Below the pieces are notes generated by a model. It made no database searches, was not told the origin of the DNA, and was given only the letters and a program-made list of their open reading frames with translations. Below, piece by piece: positions 35,324 to 45,457 of a DNA stretch of 46,026 nucleotides; position 1 is the first letter of the stretch, and every line of letters starts with the position of its first letter. A program made the translations under genes and the position numbers. The DNA comes from Fibrobacter succinogenes (lineage in GTDB: Bacteria > Fibrobacterota > Fibrobacteria > Fibrobacterales > Fibrobacteraceae), in contig CADBLC010000002.1 in NCBI GenBank assembly GCA_902795385.1, forward strand, positions 1 through 46,026, written 5' to 3'.

Positions 35324-37351
35324 ATGACTAAAGAAGAAATGCTTGAAAAACTGAACGGCTCGGCAAAAGACTTTTTTAGCCTCCTCTGCGACATGCACGG
35401 AGCGTCTCCGCTAAACGAAAAGCTGGTACAGCTCCTCGTAGGTTTACATCAGGGCAAAAAGGGGTACTCCGCCAACGCACAAAAAGTCCTACATATTTTC
35501 TTCTCGCTCACCAACGACGGAAACACCTGCATTTCGTTAAATCCCAAAAGTCTGCTGGTCAAATGGAAAACAAAGTGGGACGGGCTCGTCTTGCTGGCCT
35601 CACAAGACCAAGATGCCGATAACACCCAAAACATTTTCCCTGCAGCAGAAGACTTCAAGCCCATTATCGAAGCAGGGTGTAAAGAACTCATCAAAAATGT
35701 TGAAGCCCCCTTGGTTATCGAAAGCCTTTCGAAGAACGGAGAAAAAGAGCCTTTCTTGTTCACTGAAAAATATTTGGACGCCAAAAAGATAATTGAAGCA
35801 TGCTTCAAGGACGACGACGAACGCTGCGTGTTCAATGGCAACGCTCCGGTATCCAGAACAATTAATAAATGCAAAAAAGAAATCTCGTCTATCATCAAGC
35901 CTGAAACAAAATTTGAATTAAGGGACGCCCAAGCCGAAGCGATTCTCAAAGGCGAAAACCAGAACCTGATCATAACAGGCGGCCCCGGAACCGGCAAGAC
36001 AACCGTCATGTTCTTCTTGCTCTGGAATCTGTTGAAAAATCATCGCGAAATGATTGGTTGGGACATTCATTTTGCGGCGCCGAGCGGGAAAGCCGCCGAC
36101 CGCCTGCGAGAAAGCATTGGCGAGAACTTTGAAATGCTCGCCAAAGATGCTCAAAAAGACCCCGTAGTGTTACGCCTAAAAAATGTCGACAACTATTCAA
36201 CATTGCACAGGCTCCTGAGCTACAACCCGCAAACGAACAGCTTTAGGTATAGCGAAAAAACACCTTTTGCTGAAAAGTCAATTTTCATTATTGACGAAGC
36301 GAGCATGATTGATCTATCCCTGTTCGCGTCGTTCATGCAGGCATTACCTAAGAAAGATTTCAGGCTTTACATTCTTGGCGACAGGGACCAGCTGCCATCT
36401 GTAGAAGCCGGTGCCGTCCTTGGAGAAATCCTCGGCCTAGACAAGAACAGCGTTGTCGAACTCACGGAGTCGAATCGATTCGACAACAATTCGAATATCG
36501 GGCGCCTTTCGCGATTCATCCAGAACAAGTTAGCCGAAGAAGAACTGCAGTTTAAATTGGAATGGCAGCCATGGATTGCAAAAACGCAACTCTGGAATCC
36601 GATGAAACCTGATGAAATAAACTTGCTGCGTTTGGGAGACGGAGAAAAGCCGTTGACATATGCTGAAGAAAATGCAGAACTGCAGCGGTTGATTGACGCT
36701 TGGGTTGAAAGATTCTATTGCATTCCCGACAGAGGCCTGTTGGAAGTTGCTAAGAAAATACGACCGAATCTCTCGAAGGATAACTATGCCGACCAGGGAT
36801 TTAAGGACAAGGACTGGAGCAACGAATGCCACAATCGCGAAATCCTGTGGAGAATATCCGATGTCGCGCGTATTCTTTCTGCAGAACGGCGCGGATTGCG
36901 CGGTGTTGAAAATTTGAACAGGATGGTCATTAAGGCGCTTGGCAAGAAAGAAAATGAATCCTTCGATGGTCAACTGATGATTCTGACAAAGAACCAGTCC
37001 TATTTTGACCTGTATAACGGCGATTCCGGCGTGGTTGTAAATTGCGATACACGTCCGATGTTGATGATCAAGCGCAAGGGCAATTTCGTATTCTACCCGC
37101 TTTCGCTCTTGCCGAGCGACTCTATCGAAACAGCCTTCACGATTACCATCCACAAATCGCAAGGATCCGGTTACCCGAACATCATGATGTTCCTGCCCAC
37201 ACGGAAGGGACATCCTCTGCTGAACCGTCAGATTCTCTACACAGGTGTCACTCGTACCAAGAAAGAAAGCCTTACCATCATCGCCACGCCCGAGACGTTC
37301 AAGGCCGCCTGCGAGACGGTCATCGAGCGCGATACGGGTATCGAGCTGTAA
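35324..37351 (+). CDS. recD: Exodeoxyribonuclease V alpha subunit (5'-3' helicase)
   Basis: TGGPGTGKTT, APSGKAA.RL, TLHRLL, DEASM, GD.DQLPSV, NGD.G, TIHKSQGS and YTGVTR. Confidence 0.92.
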   Translation: MTKEEMLEKLNGSAKDFFSLLCDMHGASPLNEKLVQLLVGLHQGKKGYSANAQKVLHIFFSLTNDGNTCISLNPKSLLVKWKTKWDGLVLLASQDQDADNTQNIFPAAEDFKPIIEAGCKELIKNVEAPLVIESLSKNGEKEPFLFTEKYLDAKKIIEACFKDDDERCVFNGNAPVSRTINKCKKEISSIIKPETKFELRDAQAEAILKGENQNLIITGGPGTGKTTVMFFLLWNLLKNHREMIGWDIHFAAPSGKAADRLRESIGENFEMLAKDAQKDPVVLRLKNVDNYSTLHRLLSYNPQTNSFRYSEKTPFAEKSIFIIDEASMIDLSLFASFMQALPKKDFRLYILGDRDQLPSVEAGAVLGEILGLDKNSVVELTESNRFDNNSNIGRLSRFIQNKLAEEELQFKLEWQPWIAKTQLWNPMKPDEINLLRLGDGEKPLTYAEENAELQRLIDAWVERFYCIPDRGLLEVAKKIRPNLSKDNYADQGFKDKDWSNECHNREILWRISDVARILSAERRGLRGVENLNRMVIKALGKKENESFDGQLMILTKNQSYFDLYNGDSGVVVNCDTRPMLMIKRKGNFVFYPLSLLPSDSIETAFTITIHKSQGSGYPNIMMFLPTRKGHPLLNRQILYTGVTRTKKESLTIIATPETFKAACETVIERDTGIEL

Positions 37352-37354
37352 CGC

Positions 37355-37388
37355 AAATCGCCGGGGCAAGAGCCGCGGCGATTTTTTT
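37355..37388. terminator. Terminator between recD and the convergent hydrolase gene
   Basis: AAATCGCCG...CGGCGATTTTTTT. Confidence 0.75.
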
Positions 37389-37403
37389 AAGTACGTCTAA
37401 AAA

Positions 37404-38489
37404 TTAAAGTCTGCTTTCCAAGAAGCGGAACATCGCGGTGTAGGCGTTGTCGCGAGCCGGTTTATGCGAAAGGAAGAGGTCGTGCAGACCGTCCTCGATT
37501 TCCTCGAGCTGTACACTCGGGCCAAGGTTACGGCCGTATTCGCGGATATGTTCCACGTTCAGCACGCCGTCGCAGCGCGTGTATTCCTCGCTCCAGTCGT
37601 CGTCGCGGAAACTGCAGCCGCTATGCATCACCAGTACGGGCGGCACAAGCCGCAGGCCTTCCTGGAGGCGGGCATGCCCCGCATGAATCGCATGGAGCCA
37701 GCCGAAATCAATCGGGAGGCTGCCGCGGACCTTCAGTTCGGTATTGTATTCCCACTCGCCGTAATCGGTTTTCAAGAGGCTCTTGTCGTAGTTCTCGTTA
37801 TGGCCACGCGGAATTCCAAGGCCCGGGAACAAGTAGCCCACCACCGAGAGCACGGGGACAGCCAAGCGACGCACCGGCCAAGGGTAGTTCATTTCGAGGA
37901 ACGGGCTGTTCAGCACGATAGCCGCAATGCCGGCACCGTTTTCGCGGGCGGCAGCGTAAAGGCATGCGATGAGGCCGCCGGTGCTGTGCCCGAGCAACAC
38001 GAGCTTTACAGAGTCACCTTCGGCACGGCGGATAAAAGCAATCGCGGAATCGAGTTCGGCATAGTACTCCGAGATGTCGCGGAGTTCGCCGATGGTTTCG
38101 CCCTCGCGGTACGAACGGCCGTACTTGTGCAAGTCGATGGCATAGAACGCATAGCCCGCGGAATCCATCTTTTGCGCCAGGTCGCGCTGGAAGAAGTAAT
38201 CGTTGAATCCGTGGATGTAAAGCACGGCCGCCTTTCGCGCAGCAGGCGCCTGTTGAACGGAATCGGCGGCGACGGTCGCGACGGAAGGTGCGGCGGCAAC
38301 ATCAACGGCGGGGGCGTTCACGGATTGCGGCGCATAATGCACGAGAGTCGCATGGTACTGCGCGCTATCACCCGCATCAAAAGCTTTTACGAAAAAGGGT
38401 GAACCCAAGAAGGGATCCGGAGTTCCGGTCTGCATGTTCTGTGCAAACGCGACCGAGGCCAAAAGGACAAAAGTACTGATTAACTTCAT
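37404..38489 (-). CDS. Exported alpha/beta hydrolase (lysophospholipase-like)
   Basis: Signal peptide; HGFNDY, GHSTGG nucleophile, D.VL and HDLF. Confidence 0.88.
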   Translation of the reverse strand: MKLISTFVLLASVAFAQNMQTGTPDPFLGSPFFVKAFDAGDSAQYHATLVHYAPQSVNAPAVDVAAAPSVATVAADSVQQAPAARKAAVLYIHGFNDYFFQRDLAQKMDSAGYAFYAIDLHKYGRSYREGETIGELRDISEYYAELDSAIAFIRRAEGDSVKLVLLGHSTGGLIACLYAAARENGAGIAAIVLNSPFLEMNYPWPVRRLAVPVLSVVGYLFPGLGIPRGHNENYDKSLLKTDYGEWEYNTELKVRGSLPIDFGWLHAIHAGHARLQEGLRLVPPVLVMHSGCSFRDDDWSEEYTRCDGVLNVEHIREYGRNLGPSVQLEEIEDGLHDLFLSHKPARDNAYTAMFRFLESRL

Positions 38490-38493
38490 GATT

Positions 38494-41007
38494 CTACTTT
38501 ATTTTTACGGTTTGAGTCTGGTCACCCACGCGGACCAGGTAGGTCGCGGCGCTGTTCATTACCAGGCTAAAATCTGCGGCATTAACGTGGCCCATTTTGA
38601 TGACGCGTCCCTGCATGTCGAGCACGGCATAGACGCTACCAACGCGGGCACCGGCGACCACAATATCGCGGCCGACAGCGGCAAGCGAGAACTGCGGGAC
38701 TTCGTTGAACACCGGCAGTGCGTCCTTGCCCTTGCTAGAGCTAGACTTCGCGGAGCTGCTGCTCTTTGCGCTGCTGGAGCTGGACTTCGCGGAACTGCTC
38801 GATACACTGGAGCTGGACTTTGCAGAGCTGCTCGAAACACTGGAACTGGATTTTACGGAGCTGGACGATGCCGGGGGTTCCGAGCTGCTGGAAACTTCCA
38901 CCTTTTTGTAGGTAGCCCAGACCGTCATGGTATCGGTCACATTGTTGTACGGCTTGTCCCAACCGGTAAACTCGTAGCCGCTACGCGTCGGCTCGGTTTC
39001 GGGCGGAGTCGCGGTACCGCCGTACATTACAAAGCCTTCGCACAACTCGTTACCATCGTAATCGAAGAAGCGCACCTTGTAATCGTAAGCGGCATGGATA
39101 TCTGCAGGCGCCTTGAGCACGAGCGGCAAATCCCTGCTCCCGCCAATGGCACGGATCCAGTATGCGGCATCCTGCAACGTATTCGGCTTGGGCGCATCGG
39201 AGATGGTCGTATTCGAATCAAGCCAGTCAATCTTGTACACATTGCCCTTGTAGTCAAGGTAACGTACACGGAACATGATACTGTCGGCAACAAGACGGTA
39301 GTGCGCCGTATCGGTCGCGTAAATAGATTTCGTCGTGCTTTCTATCCTCTTCCCGTCAACAGATTCCCAGTGGTAATTGTACCGGGTCGAATCGGTCTCG
39401 CGCGGGAGCCCGAACATAGACCGGTCAGTCGGCACCGAGACCATCTCGTTGGAAGGCTTCGCCTCTGCCCAAATCTCGAACCCGCCTGCATTGATAAACG
39501 ATATGGGGTTGTACCAAGTGATGCGAGCCACCTTGGAATACAACGTATCGAACGAGGCATCGTTCGAATAGACCTTCATACGGAAATATGTGTACGGATT
39601 AAACTTCATGTTCTTGCCCAAGAACACACCGGCCTTGCTTATTCCCAAGCTAAAGGTCATACTATCCGTCACATACTTGTCAATGACCTCGCCCCTGAAC
39701 GACCTCGAAGTCACCTTCGTCGCCGCATTGAATGTCGCATTCGGGCTGGCCTCGAGCTGGCAATAGATATAGCCCGTCGTAGGTCCGCCCTTTATGGAGG
39801 TTATGAACCCCAGGCTGTCCCTCGTATACATCAGTTCTACATTTAGCGTGGTGTCGCTAATGGCAACTCTCTTGGTCCCTTCCACCTTGTAAGTCAACCG
39901 CAGGTTCGTCTGGAAAGGTAACCGAGCGAACTTCGCATAAATGCTGGTATCACTGGACAACACGAATATTAACGGATTAGCTTGAGATACGCACACGTCA
40001 TTCTCTCTCTTGGCCCAGCAATCAAAGATATAACCGTCAGTCGGCGTTGCCGTATAAACCAATTCCGCATTCTTCAAGATGTCCGTTTCCGTAAAGGCCA
40101 GCATGGCACCGGCGGAGTTGTTCACGACCGTAACATTTCCCATGGTTTCACCCTCTTTTTTGGGGTAAGTGACATGGTAATATTTGGTATCGAAGTTTGC
40201 GACAAGGGCCGTATCGCCCCGAAAATTAAATTCCTGATTGTCGGAAGAGCTTACCAAGACTCCGGCCTGGCTTGTCCAGGATTTGAACTCGGATTTGTAA
40301 TCCTCCGGAGTGGCCCTGGCCGTAAGCGAATGTACGCTAGGAGGCAAATAAAGAACCGTATCCTTCATGTTCGTCAAAGCGTTAAGCGCACCGTTCAGGC
40401 CATATTGGATGCCCACCGTACCGGAGCCCTTACCCGTTGTCGTAACGCGGATAGTCCGCGGGAACATCATTACAAATGAAGCGGACTTAAACCGGTCTGT
40501 CGTGTGCCAACGGCTTTCCCCTTTTAGCTTGTATTCCACCCACGCAGATACTTCTACTGCAGAATCGACGGCGACGACTCCGTTATAAGTCTCATAGAAC
40601 CGCTGGGTATCGTATTTAGCGCTATCGGAACAAACAACATACTGATACGAGAACTTACCCGTAGACGGCCTCGCCATGCTTTTGGCAGCGGTAAGCTGCT
40701 GGATACTGCTCGTATAAGTGGTATAGCCCGACGACTTGTAATAATGCCTTATCCCGTTCAGGTCATACCGTATCGAGTCAACGGTTTCATCCATCTGGAT
40801 TTCGATATTCAAGGGCAAAGACGCTTTGACCTTTTCGTAGACAGACTTATAATTTTTACGGTAATCCGAATAATATCCCTGAAATTCAACCGGGCCCGCA
40901 TTTGCACCATAGTACGTCGTGACAGTCGCCTTCACAGGCGATGCGGCAAACGACAGCACGCTTGAGCCTAGCAACCCGAGGGATAGCGCAATTAATAGTC
41001 TGTTCAT
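38494..41007 (-). CDS. Exported protein with InlB-B-repeat-like units, Ser-rich linker and Fibrobacter C-terminal domain
   Basis: Signal peptide; V.F.DYDG...P.R.GYEFTGWD units; SSS linker; YAVLDMQGRVI...TYLVRVG. Confidence 0.8.
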   Translation of the reverse strand: MNRLLIALSLGLLGSSVLSFAASPVKATVTTYYGANAGPVEFQGYYSDYRKNYKSVYEKVKASLPLNIEIQMDETVDSIRYDLNGIRHYYKSSGYTTYTSSIQQLTAAKSMARPSTGKFSYQYVVCSDSAKYDTQRFYETYNGVVAVDSAVEVSAWVEYKLKGESRWHTTDRFKSASFVMMFPRTIRVTTTGKGSGTVGIQYGLNGALNALTNMKDTVLYLPPSVHSLTARATPEDYKSEFKSWTSQAGVLVSSSDNQEFNFRGDTALVANFDTKYYHVTYPKKEGETMGNVTVVNNSAGAMLAFTETDILKNAELVYTATPTDGYIFDCWAKRENDVCVSQANPLIFVLSSDTSIYAKFARLPFQTNLRLTYKVEGTKRVAISDTTLNVELMYTRDSLGFITSIKGGPTTGYIYCQLEASPNATFNAATKVTSRSFRGEVIDKYVTDSMTFSLGISKAGVFLGKNMKFNPYTYFRMKVYSNDASFDTLYSKVARITWYNPISFINAGGFEIWAEAKPSNEMVSVPTDRSMFGLPRETDSTRYNYHWESVDGKRIESTTKSIYATDTAHYRLVADSIMFRVRYLDYKGNVYKIDWLDSNTTISDAPKPNTLQDAAYWIRAIGGSRDLPLVLKAPADIHAAYDYKVRFFDYDGNELCEGFVMYGGTATPPETEPTRSGYEFTGWDKPYNNVTDTMTVWATYKKVEVSSSSEPPASSSSVKSSSSVSSSSAKSSSSVSSSSAKSSSSSAKSSSSAKSSSSKGKDALPVFNEVPQFSLAAVGRDIVVAGARVGSVYAVLDMQGRVIKMGHVNAADFSLVMNSAATYLVRVGDQTQTVKIK

Positions 41008-41081
41008 TTTTTTCTCCTTCTTGCATTAAGAATATAAGAAAATAAAAAGAAGCGTAGACAACGTTGCCCGCTTTTATATCG

Positions 41082-41111
41082 AAAAAAGGCGCCCCCGCAA
41101 AGGAGCGCCTT
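41082..41111 (-). terminator. Intrinsic terminator
   Basis: Minus strand AAGGCGCTCC-TTTGC-GGGGGCGCCTTTTTT, downstream of the 41133 stop. Confidence 0.7.
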
Positions 41112-41132
41112 GAGAGACTTAGAACAAGCTTT

Positions 41133-44100
41133 TTACTTGATGTTCACGGCTTGAGTCTGGACGCCAACACGGACCAGGTAGGTCGCGGCGGTGCTCATGC
41201 CGATGTTGAAGTTAGCCGATTCGACACGGCCCTGCTTTACGATACGGCCCTGCATGTCGAGCACAGCGTAGGTGCTACCCACGTGGGCACCGGCAATCTG
41301 GATGCTGCGGCCAACGGCAGTGAGCGAGAACTGCGGGACTTCGCCGAATTCCGGCAGAGCATCCTTGCCCTTGCTAGAGCTGGACTTCGCAGAGCTGCTG
41401 CTCTTTGCGCCGCTGGAGCTGGACTTCGTGGAGTTGCTGCTCTTTGCGCTGCTGGAGCTGGACTTCACGGAGCAGCTGCTCTTTGCGCTGCTGGAGCTGG
41501 ACTTCACGGAGCTGCTGCTCTTTGCGCTGCTGGAGCTGGACTTCACGGAGCTGCTGCTCTTCGCGCTGCTGGAGCTGGACTTCACGGAGCTGCTAGACGG
41601 CGGCACGCTGGAGCTGCTGGACTTCACAGAGCTGCTAGACGGCGGCACAACGGAGCTGCTGGACGGCACGGAGCTGCTAGACGGCGGCGTGATGAAGCTG
41701 CTTGTCGGCACGGAGCTGCTAGATTCCTGCACAGAGCTGCTGGAAACCGGAGCTTCGGTAGCCGTAAAGGCGTATTCCACATTGAACCTGTTGAGTGTTG
41801 CAGCGATATTCGCCACGGCAACTTCGCCGTTCACATAGACCGGGATAACCGCGCCAGTCAAATCCTTGACATCGAGCAAGCCCTTGATCAAGGCATTTTC
41901 GGCACATTCGCCTTCGGTATCGACTTCGACACGGGCCTTCCACACGTATTCCGTGCCGGCGACCATCGGGTCTTCAATCATGTCTTCACCGTTGGATTCA
42001 TACACAAGGCTGTTCTTGACCGTGAAGCATTCCGGCGCAGTCACAGACACCTTCTGCTTGCCTTCGACCATGTCGGTGACGGTAAGCAGCACCTGCGGGA
42101 TAGCGAGGTATTCGGAATGCACGTCGAGGTTCGCCGTGATGTTGGAGAAGTCGACAGTCCACTGCTTGAACACGAAGCCGTCAAAGGCGGGTGCTTCAGG
42201 CGCACTTGCGGCATGGCCGTACTGCACGGACTGATCAGCACCAATCTGGGCGTCATCCTTGTCATAGAACTTGACGATGTATTCCTTCAGGGTCTTCGAA
42301 ATAACGAGCTTGTAGGTCACATCCTTGGTTGCCGGGGCAACGGCCGGGTTCCAGCCGCCAAAGCCGTACACGTACTGGGCGTCTTCGGCAGGAATGGTAA
42401 AGTCGGTTCCAGCCACAGGCACCGTGGGTTCCTGGCCCTGGTCAAGGTACTGCGGATCGCCGATAACCTGGTTGTTCTGGTCAACAAACTTGATCAGGAA
42501 CATGTCGGCTGCAGTAAACTCGTAGCCCAGATAGAACACCTTGTTTGTATACACATTGTTCCTATTGATATTGTTATCGCCAACCTGTCCATTCACGGTC
42601 ACAGGCAGAACGCCAGTAGTTCCCTGAAGGTCCTTCCAGCCCTTGACTAGGGCATCGTTGGCACAGGCACCGGCATCGGAAATAGTTACCTTGAACGAGA
42701 GATAGTAGGACTCGCCATTTTCCATGGCGCCATCAATTTCGGTAGCCTCATGGTCATCCTCATAGAGGCCCTTGTCCGACACGGTGAAGCAGGAGCTCGG
42801 CGCGGTCACTTCGATATCGTCAAGCGTCTTGGTTCCCTTGGTGCCCGTCACGGAGAATTCGATTTCCGGAATCTCGACGAAGGTCGCCATTACGGTAAGC
42901 GTATCGTTGATTTCGTCAAAGGCCTTGTCCCAGCCCTTGAATGCATAGCCATCGCGAGCCGGAACAGTCGGAGCCACGGCGGCAGCACCCGGGGCGACAA
43001 AGCCGCTCTTCAGCAAGCTGCCGTTGTAGTTGAGGAACTTGACCTTATAATTGTAGACGGCATGGATTTCCATCGGGGCGGTAACCGTAGAGAAGGTCTT
43101 GTCCCAGCTCCTAAACTGGAAGTTCTCCGTATCGCCCTTATGGGTCGGGTTAGTCGGAGCAGTCGCGGCTGCATTCTGGGGAACAAAGGTAGCCTTGAGC
43201 TCGGAGTTGTCGAAGTCAAGGAACTTCACCATGTACTTGACATCCAAGACAGCCTTGTACTTTGCAGAATCGTTTGATACCTTGAACGTTGTCGTCGTCG
43301 CAGCAATCGTCTGGGTAGAATTAAGCATATTCACCCAATGATAATCGGCCGTTACCGTAGAGCTGCCTTCGGGCACGCCAATAGCGGTCCTGTCCGTCGG
43401 GATATTGACCGTTGCATTGTATGCATAGACGCCATTCACGAGGGCTGTCGTACCGTTAGCTGCATAGAACATTACCGGATACTTCCAATTTATGCGGATA
43501 ATCTTAGAGGTGGTCATATCAGCTGCTTTCGCGCTATCCGAATAAACGGCCTTCACACGAACATTGGTATAACTATTGCCCTTAATGGAACCCATATTGG
43601 TTGTACCAACAATAAGCTGACCTTTGCGATTTACCTTTATATTGTTTGTCCAAGTATTCCCATCAACAAATGTCGTATAACCGAATACTGAACTCGTGTA
43701 TATATCCGAATATGTTGCACCATCCTTACTAACCTGAACCACATACTTCGCACTACGAGTCGTTCCCTTCATGTAATTGCTGAAGTTTAGGGAATCGCGA
43801 CCATACACAAAATCTACCGTAGACTTCGATGTATCGGAATTCGATGTTAAAGAGCCTCCATTATACTTGGACGAAGCCAACCAAAAACGGGATTGAATGG
43901 GCGTAACATTAAAGTATGCAGACAAAGTCGTATCGCCACGAACGGTAATACTTAGCGAGCTCGCCGTAGATACGTTCGTACTTCCCGCATTGGGATACCA
44001 GCCAACAAAAGAGAATCCTGTTTTCGGAGTCGCAACTACAGAGAAACGGCTACCGGCATTGACATTCCTATTATAAGAAGTGCTAATTGTTCCGGAGTTC

Positions 44101-45155
44101 GATGGGCTAGCCGGGTCCACTTCAGTAACAAAGTGATAAAGAGGAATGAACTTTATTTCATTAGAGTATGTCGTATCATAGATGGCCTTACCAAGACTGT
44201 CAGCAATTCGGGTAATCATCTTTTGCCTAAAGAGAAGAAGGGAATCACCATAAGCAATGCGATAGCCCTTACGCACGGTAACACCGTCAGAATAACTGTT
44301 ATTGCTGAAGGATCCTGTTCCATCCCAAGCAGAATACCATGAACCCGCTTGATATTTCCCCGTACTCGCATCATAATAATAACGTCTAAACTCATTAGAC
44401 ATTTTTACAGAATCTGCACCTTTCATATCAATGTTAGCAGAAATTGTATCAGTACTCAACGGGAAAGATATGCTTGTCACGGCATTTGAAGCAGTGTATG
44501 TAGTGTTAACACTTCCTGTTCTTTTCTTAATATAAGCCGTTCCCGTAGCAGGTAGCGTATAGTACATATAGTAGGTAGCTTTGGTCTTGCTGTTTTCATA
44601 ACCTGCTATCGCACCATACGCCGAATGGCTTGGCAATTTTGAACCAATCGAATCAACCGTAAATCGAATTTTATAATAACCTTCCTTCTTTGCTCTCGCA
44701 ATCAATGTATCTATGTTCGCCGCACGGAACGAAATCTTTGCCGTATCTGCTGATTTTTCTTCATCATAGAAGCCATAAATACGCGTCCCCGACACATTTG
44801 TTGACGAGGTGTACGTGCCATAACCATAATAATAAGGCGTCTGGCCATTCTGATAGTAAAGCTTAGTATTTGTAGTTACACCATAAGCCGCTAACACATA
44901 ATATCGGTCAATTTTTGATCCAGGATCACTTTTATCAAAAAAAGAAATGGAGCCACGTCCCGCTCCTGTCGCACCCGTCTTATGGAACGCCAAAGCATAT
45001 TTATCGGAAGTCAACCTCAAGGGAGAAGTGCTCAGCGACTGAGCAGTTCTTAGGTTTTCTTCACTTGGTGCCGTATAGCTATAAGCAGCATTTACCGCCG
45101 AAAGCGCGCCGGCGCATAGGACGGACAGCGCAATCGTCTTGATTGTTTTTTTCAT
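41133..45155 (-). CDS. Large exported protein with multiple InlB-B-repeat-like units, Ser-rich linker and Fibrobacter C-terminal domain
   Basis: Start moved to MKKTIKTIALSV (SD AAGGAG); repeated VKF.....P...G..F..W units; C-terminus paralogous to 38494-41007. Confidence 0.82.
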   Translation of the reverse strand: MKKTIKTIALSVLCAGALSAVNAAYSYTAPSEENLRTAQSLSTSPLRLTSDKYALAFHKTGATGAGRGSISFFDKSDPGSKIDRYYVLAAYGVTTNTKLYYQNGQTPYYYGYGTYTSSTNVSGTRIYGFYDEEKSADTAKISFRAANIDTLIARAKKEGYYKIRFTVDSIGSKLPSHSAYGAIAGYENSKTKATYYMYYTLPATGTAYIKKRTGSVNTTYTASNAVTSISFPLSTDTISANIDMKGADSVKMSNEFRRYYYDASTGKYQAGSWYSAWDGTGSFSNNSYSDGVTVRKGYRIAYGDSLLLFRQKMITRIADSLGKAIYDTTYSNEIKFIPLYHFVTEVDPASPSNSGTISTSYNRNVNAGSRFSVVATPKTGFSFVGWYPNAGSTNVSTASSLSITVRGDTTLSAYFNVTPIQSRFWLASSKYNGGSLTSNSDTSKSTVDFVYGRDSLNFSNYMKGTTRSAKYVVQVSKDGATYSDIYTSSVFGYTTFVDGNTWTNNIKVNRKGQLIVGTTNMGSIKGNSYTNVRVKAVYSDSAKAADMTTSKIIRINWKYPVMFYAANGTTALVNGVYAYNATVNIPTDRTAIGVPEGSSTVTADYHWVNMLNSTQTIAATTTTFKVSNDSAKYKAVLDVKYMVKFLDFDNSELKATFVPQNAAATAPTNPTHKGDTENFQFRSWDKTFSTVTAPMEIHAVYNYKVKFLNYNGSLLKSGFVAPGAAAVAPTVPARDGYAFKGWDKAFDEINDTLTVMATFVEIPEIEFSVTGTKGTKTLDDIEVTAPSSCFTVSDKGLYEDDHEATEIDGAMENGESYYLSFKVTISDAGACANDALVKGWKDLQGTTGVLPVTVNGQVGDNNINRNNVYTNKVFYLGYEFTAADMFLIKFVDQNNQVIGDPQYLDQGQEPTVPVAGTDFTIPAEDAQYVYGFGGWNPAVAPATKDVTYKLVISKTLKEYIVKFYDKDDAQIGADQSVQYGHAASAPEAPAFDGFVFKQWTVDFSNITANLDVHSEYLAIPQVLLTVTDMVEGKQKVSVTAPECFTVKNSLVYESNGEDMIEDPMVAGTEYVWKARVEVDTEGECAENALIKGLLDVKDLTGAVIPVYVNGEVAVANIAATLNRFNVEYAFTATEAPVSSSSVQESSSSVPTSSFITPPSSSSVPSSSSVVPPSSSSVKSSSSSVPPSSSSVKSSSSSAKSSSSVKSSSSSAKSSSSVKSSSSSAKSSCSVKSSSSSAKSSNSTKSSSSGAKSSSSAKSSSSKGKDALPEFGEVPQFSLTAVGRSIQIAGAHVGSTYAVLDMQGRIVKQGRVESANFNIGMSTAATYLVRVGVQTQAVNIK
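41375..41760 (-). repeat. Coding minisatellite (39-bp units, VKSSSSSAKSSSS) forming the Ser-rich linker
   Basis: GAGCTGCTGCTCTTTGCGCTGCTGGAGCTGGACTTCACG repeated about five times, followed by degenerate VPPSSSS units. Confidence 0.85.
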
Positions 45156-45457
45156 CTTGGTCTCCTTTCGAAAGAACGCCAAAAAACGGGGGGAAGCCCT
45201 ATTTTTTAACAAATTTGTAGCAAATGTAAACAAAATTGTAACAAACGTCAATCATTTTTGTAAGAATAAATTATTCTTAGTCGCTTTAAGGCAAATTTGC
45301 TCATATTTGGCCATTTTGTTACAAAAAGTTTACACACAACTGTATACAGTCCTATCCCGGCATTACAGTGTCACCACACCCGCTGGTCACCGGGTAAGCG
45401 GCACGTTTCACCCGCCTTTGGCTCGGCTCGGCCCCCTTTTTTTCTATCTTGGCGCCC

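Larger units (their letters stand above)
10900..37390. other. Accessory defence/DNA-processing island (approximate limits)
   Basis: Cluster of nuclease, toxin, R-M, WYL and RecBCD genes with AT-richer patches, lying between housekeeping-type flanks. No integrase or tRNA is seen. Confidence 0.65.

Noticed and set aside
10900-37390. Prophage, ICE, integron or IS
   Set aside because: No integrase, transposase, relaxase, phage structural gene, tRNA or convincing attC array was recognised.
38434-42650. Long plus-strand ORFs (470 and 528 aa) and similar antisense ORFs over lysA, dxs, AAA and recD
   Set aside because: Shadow frames of GC-rich or repetitive genes on the opposite strand, with no motifs.
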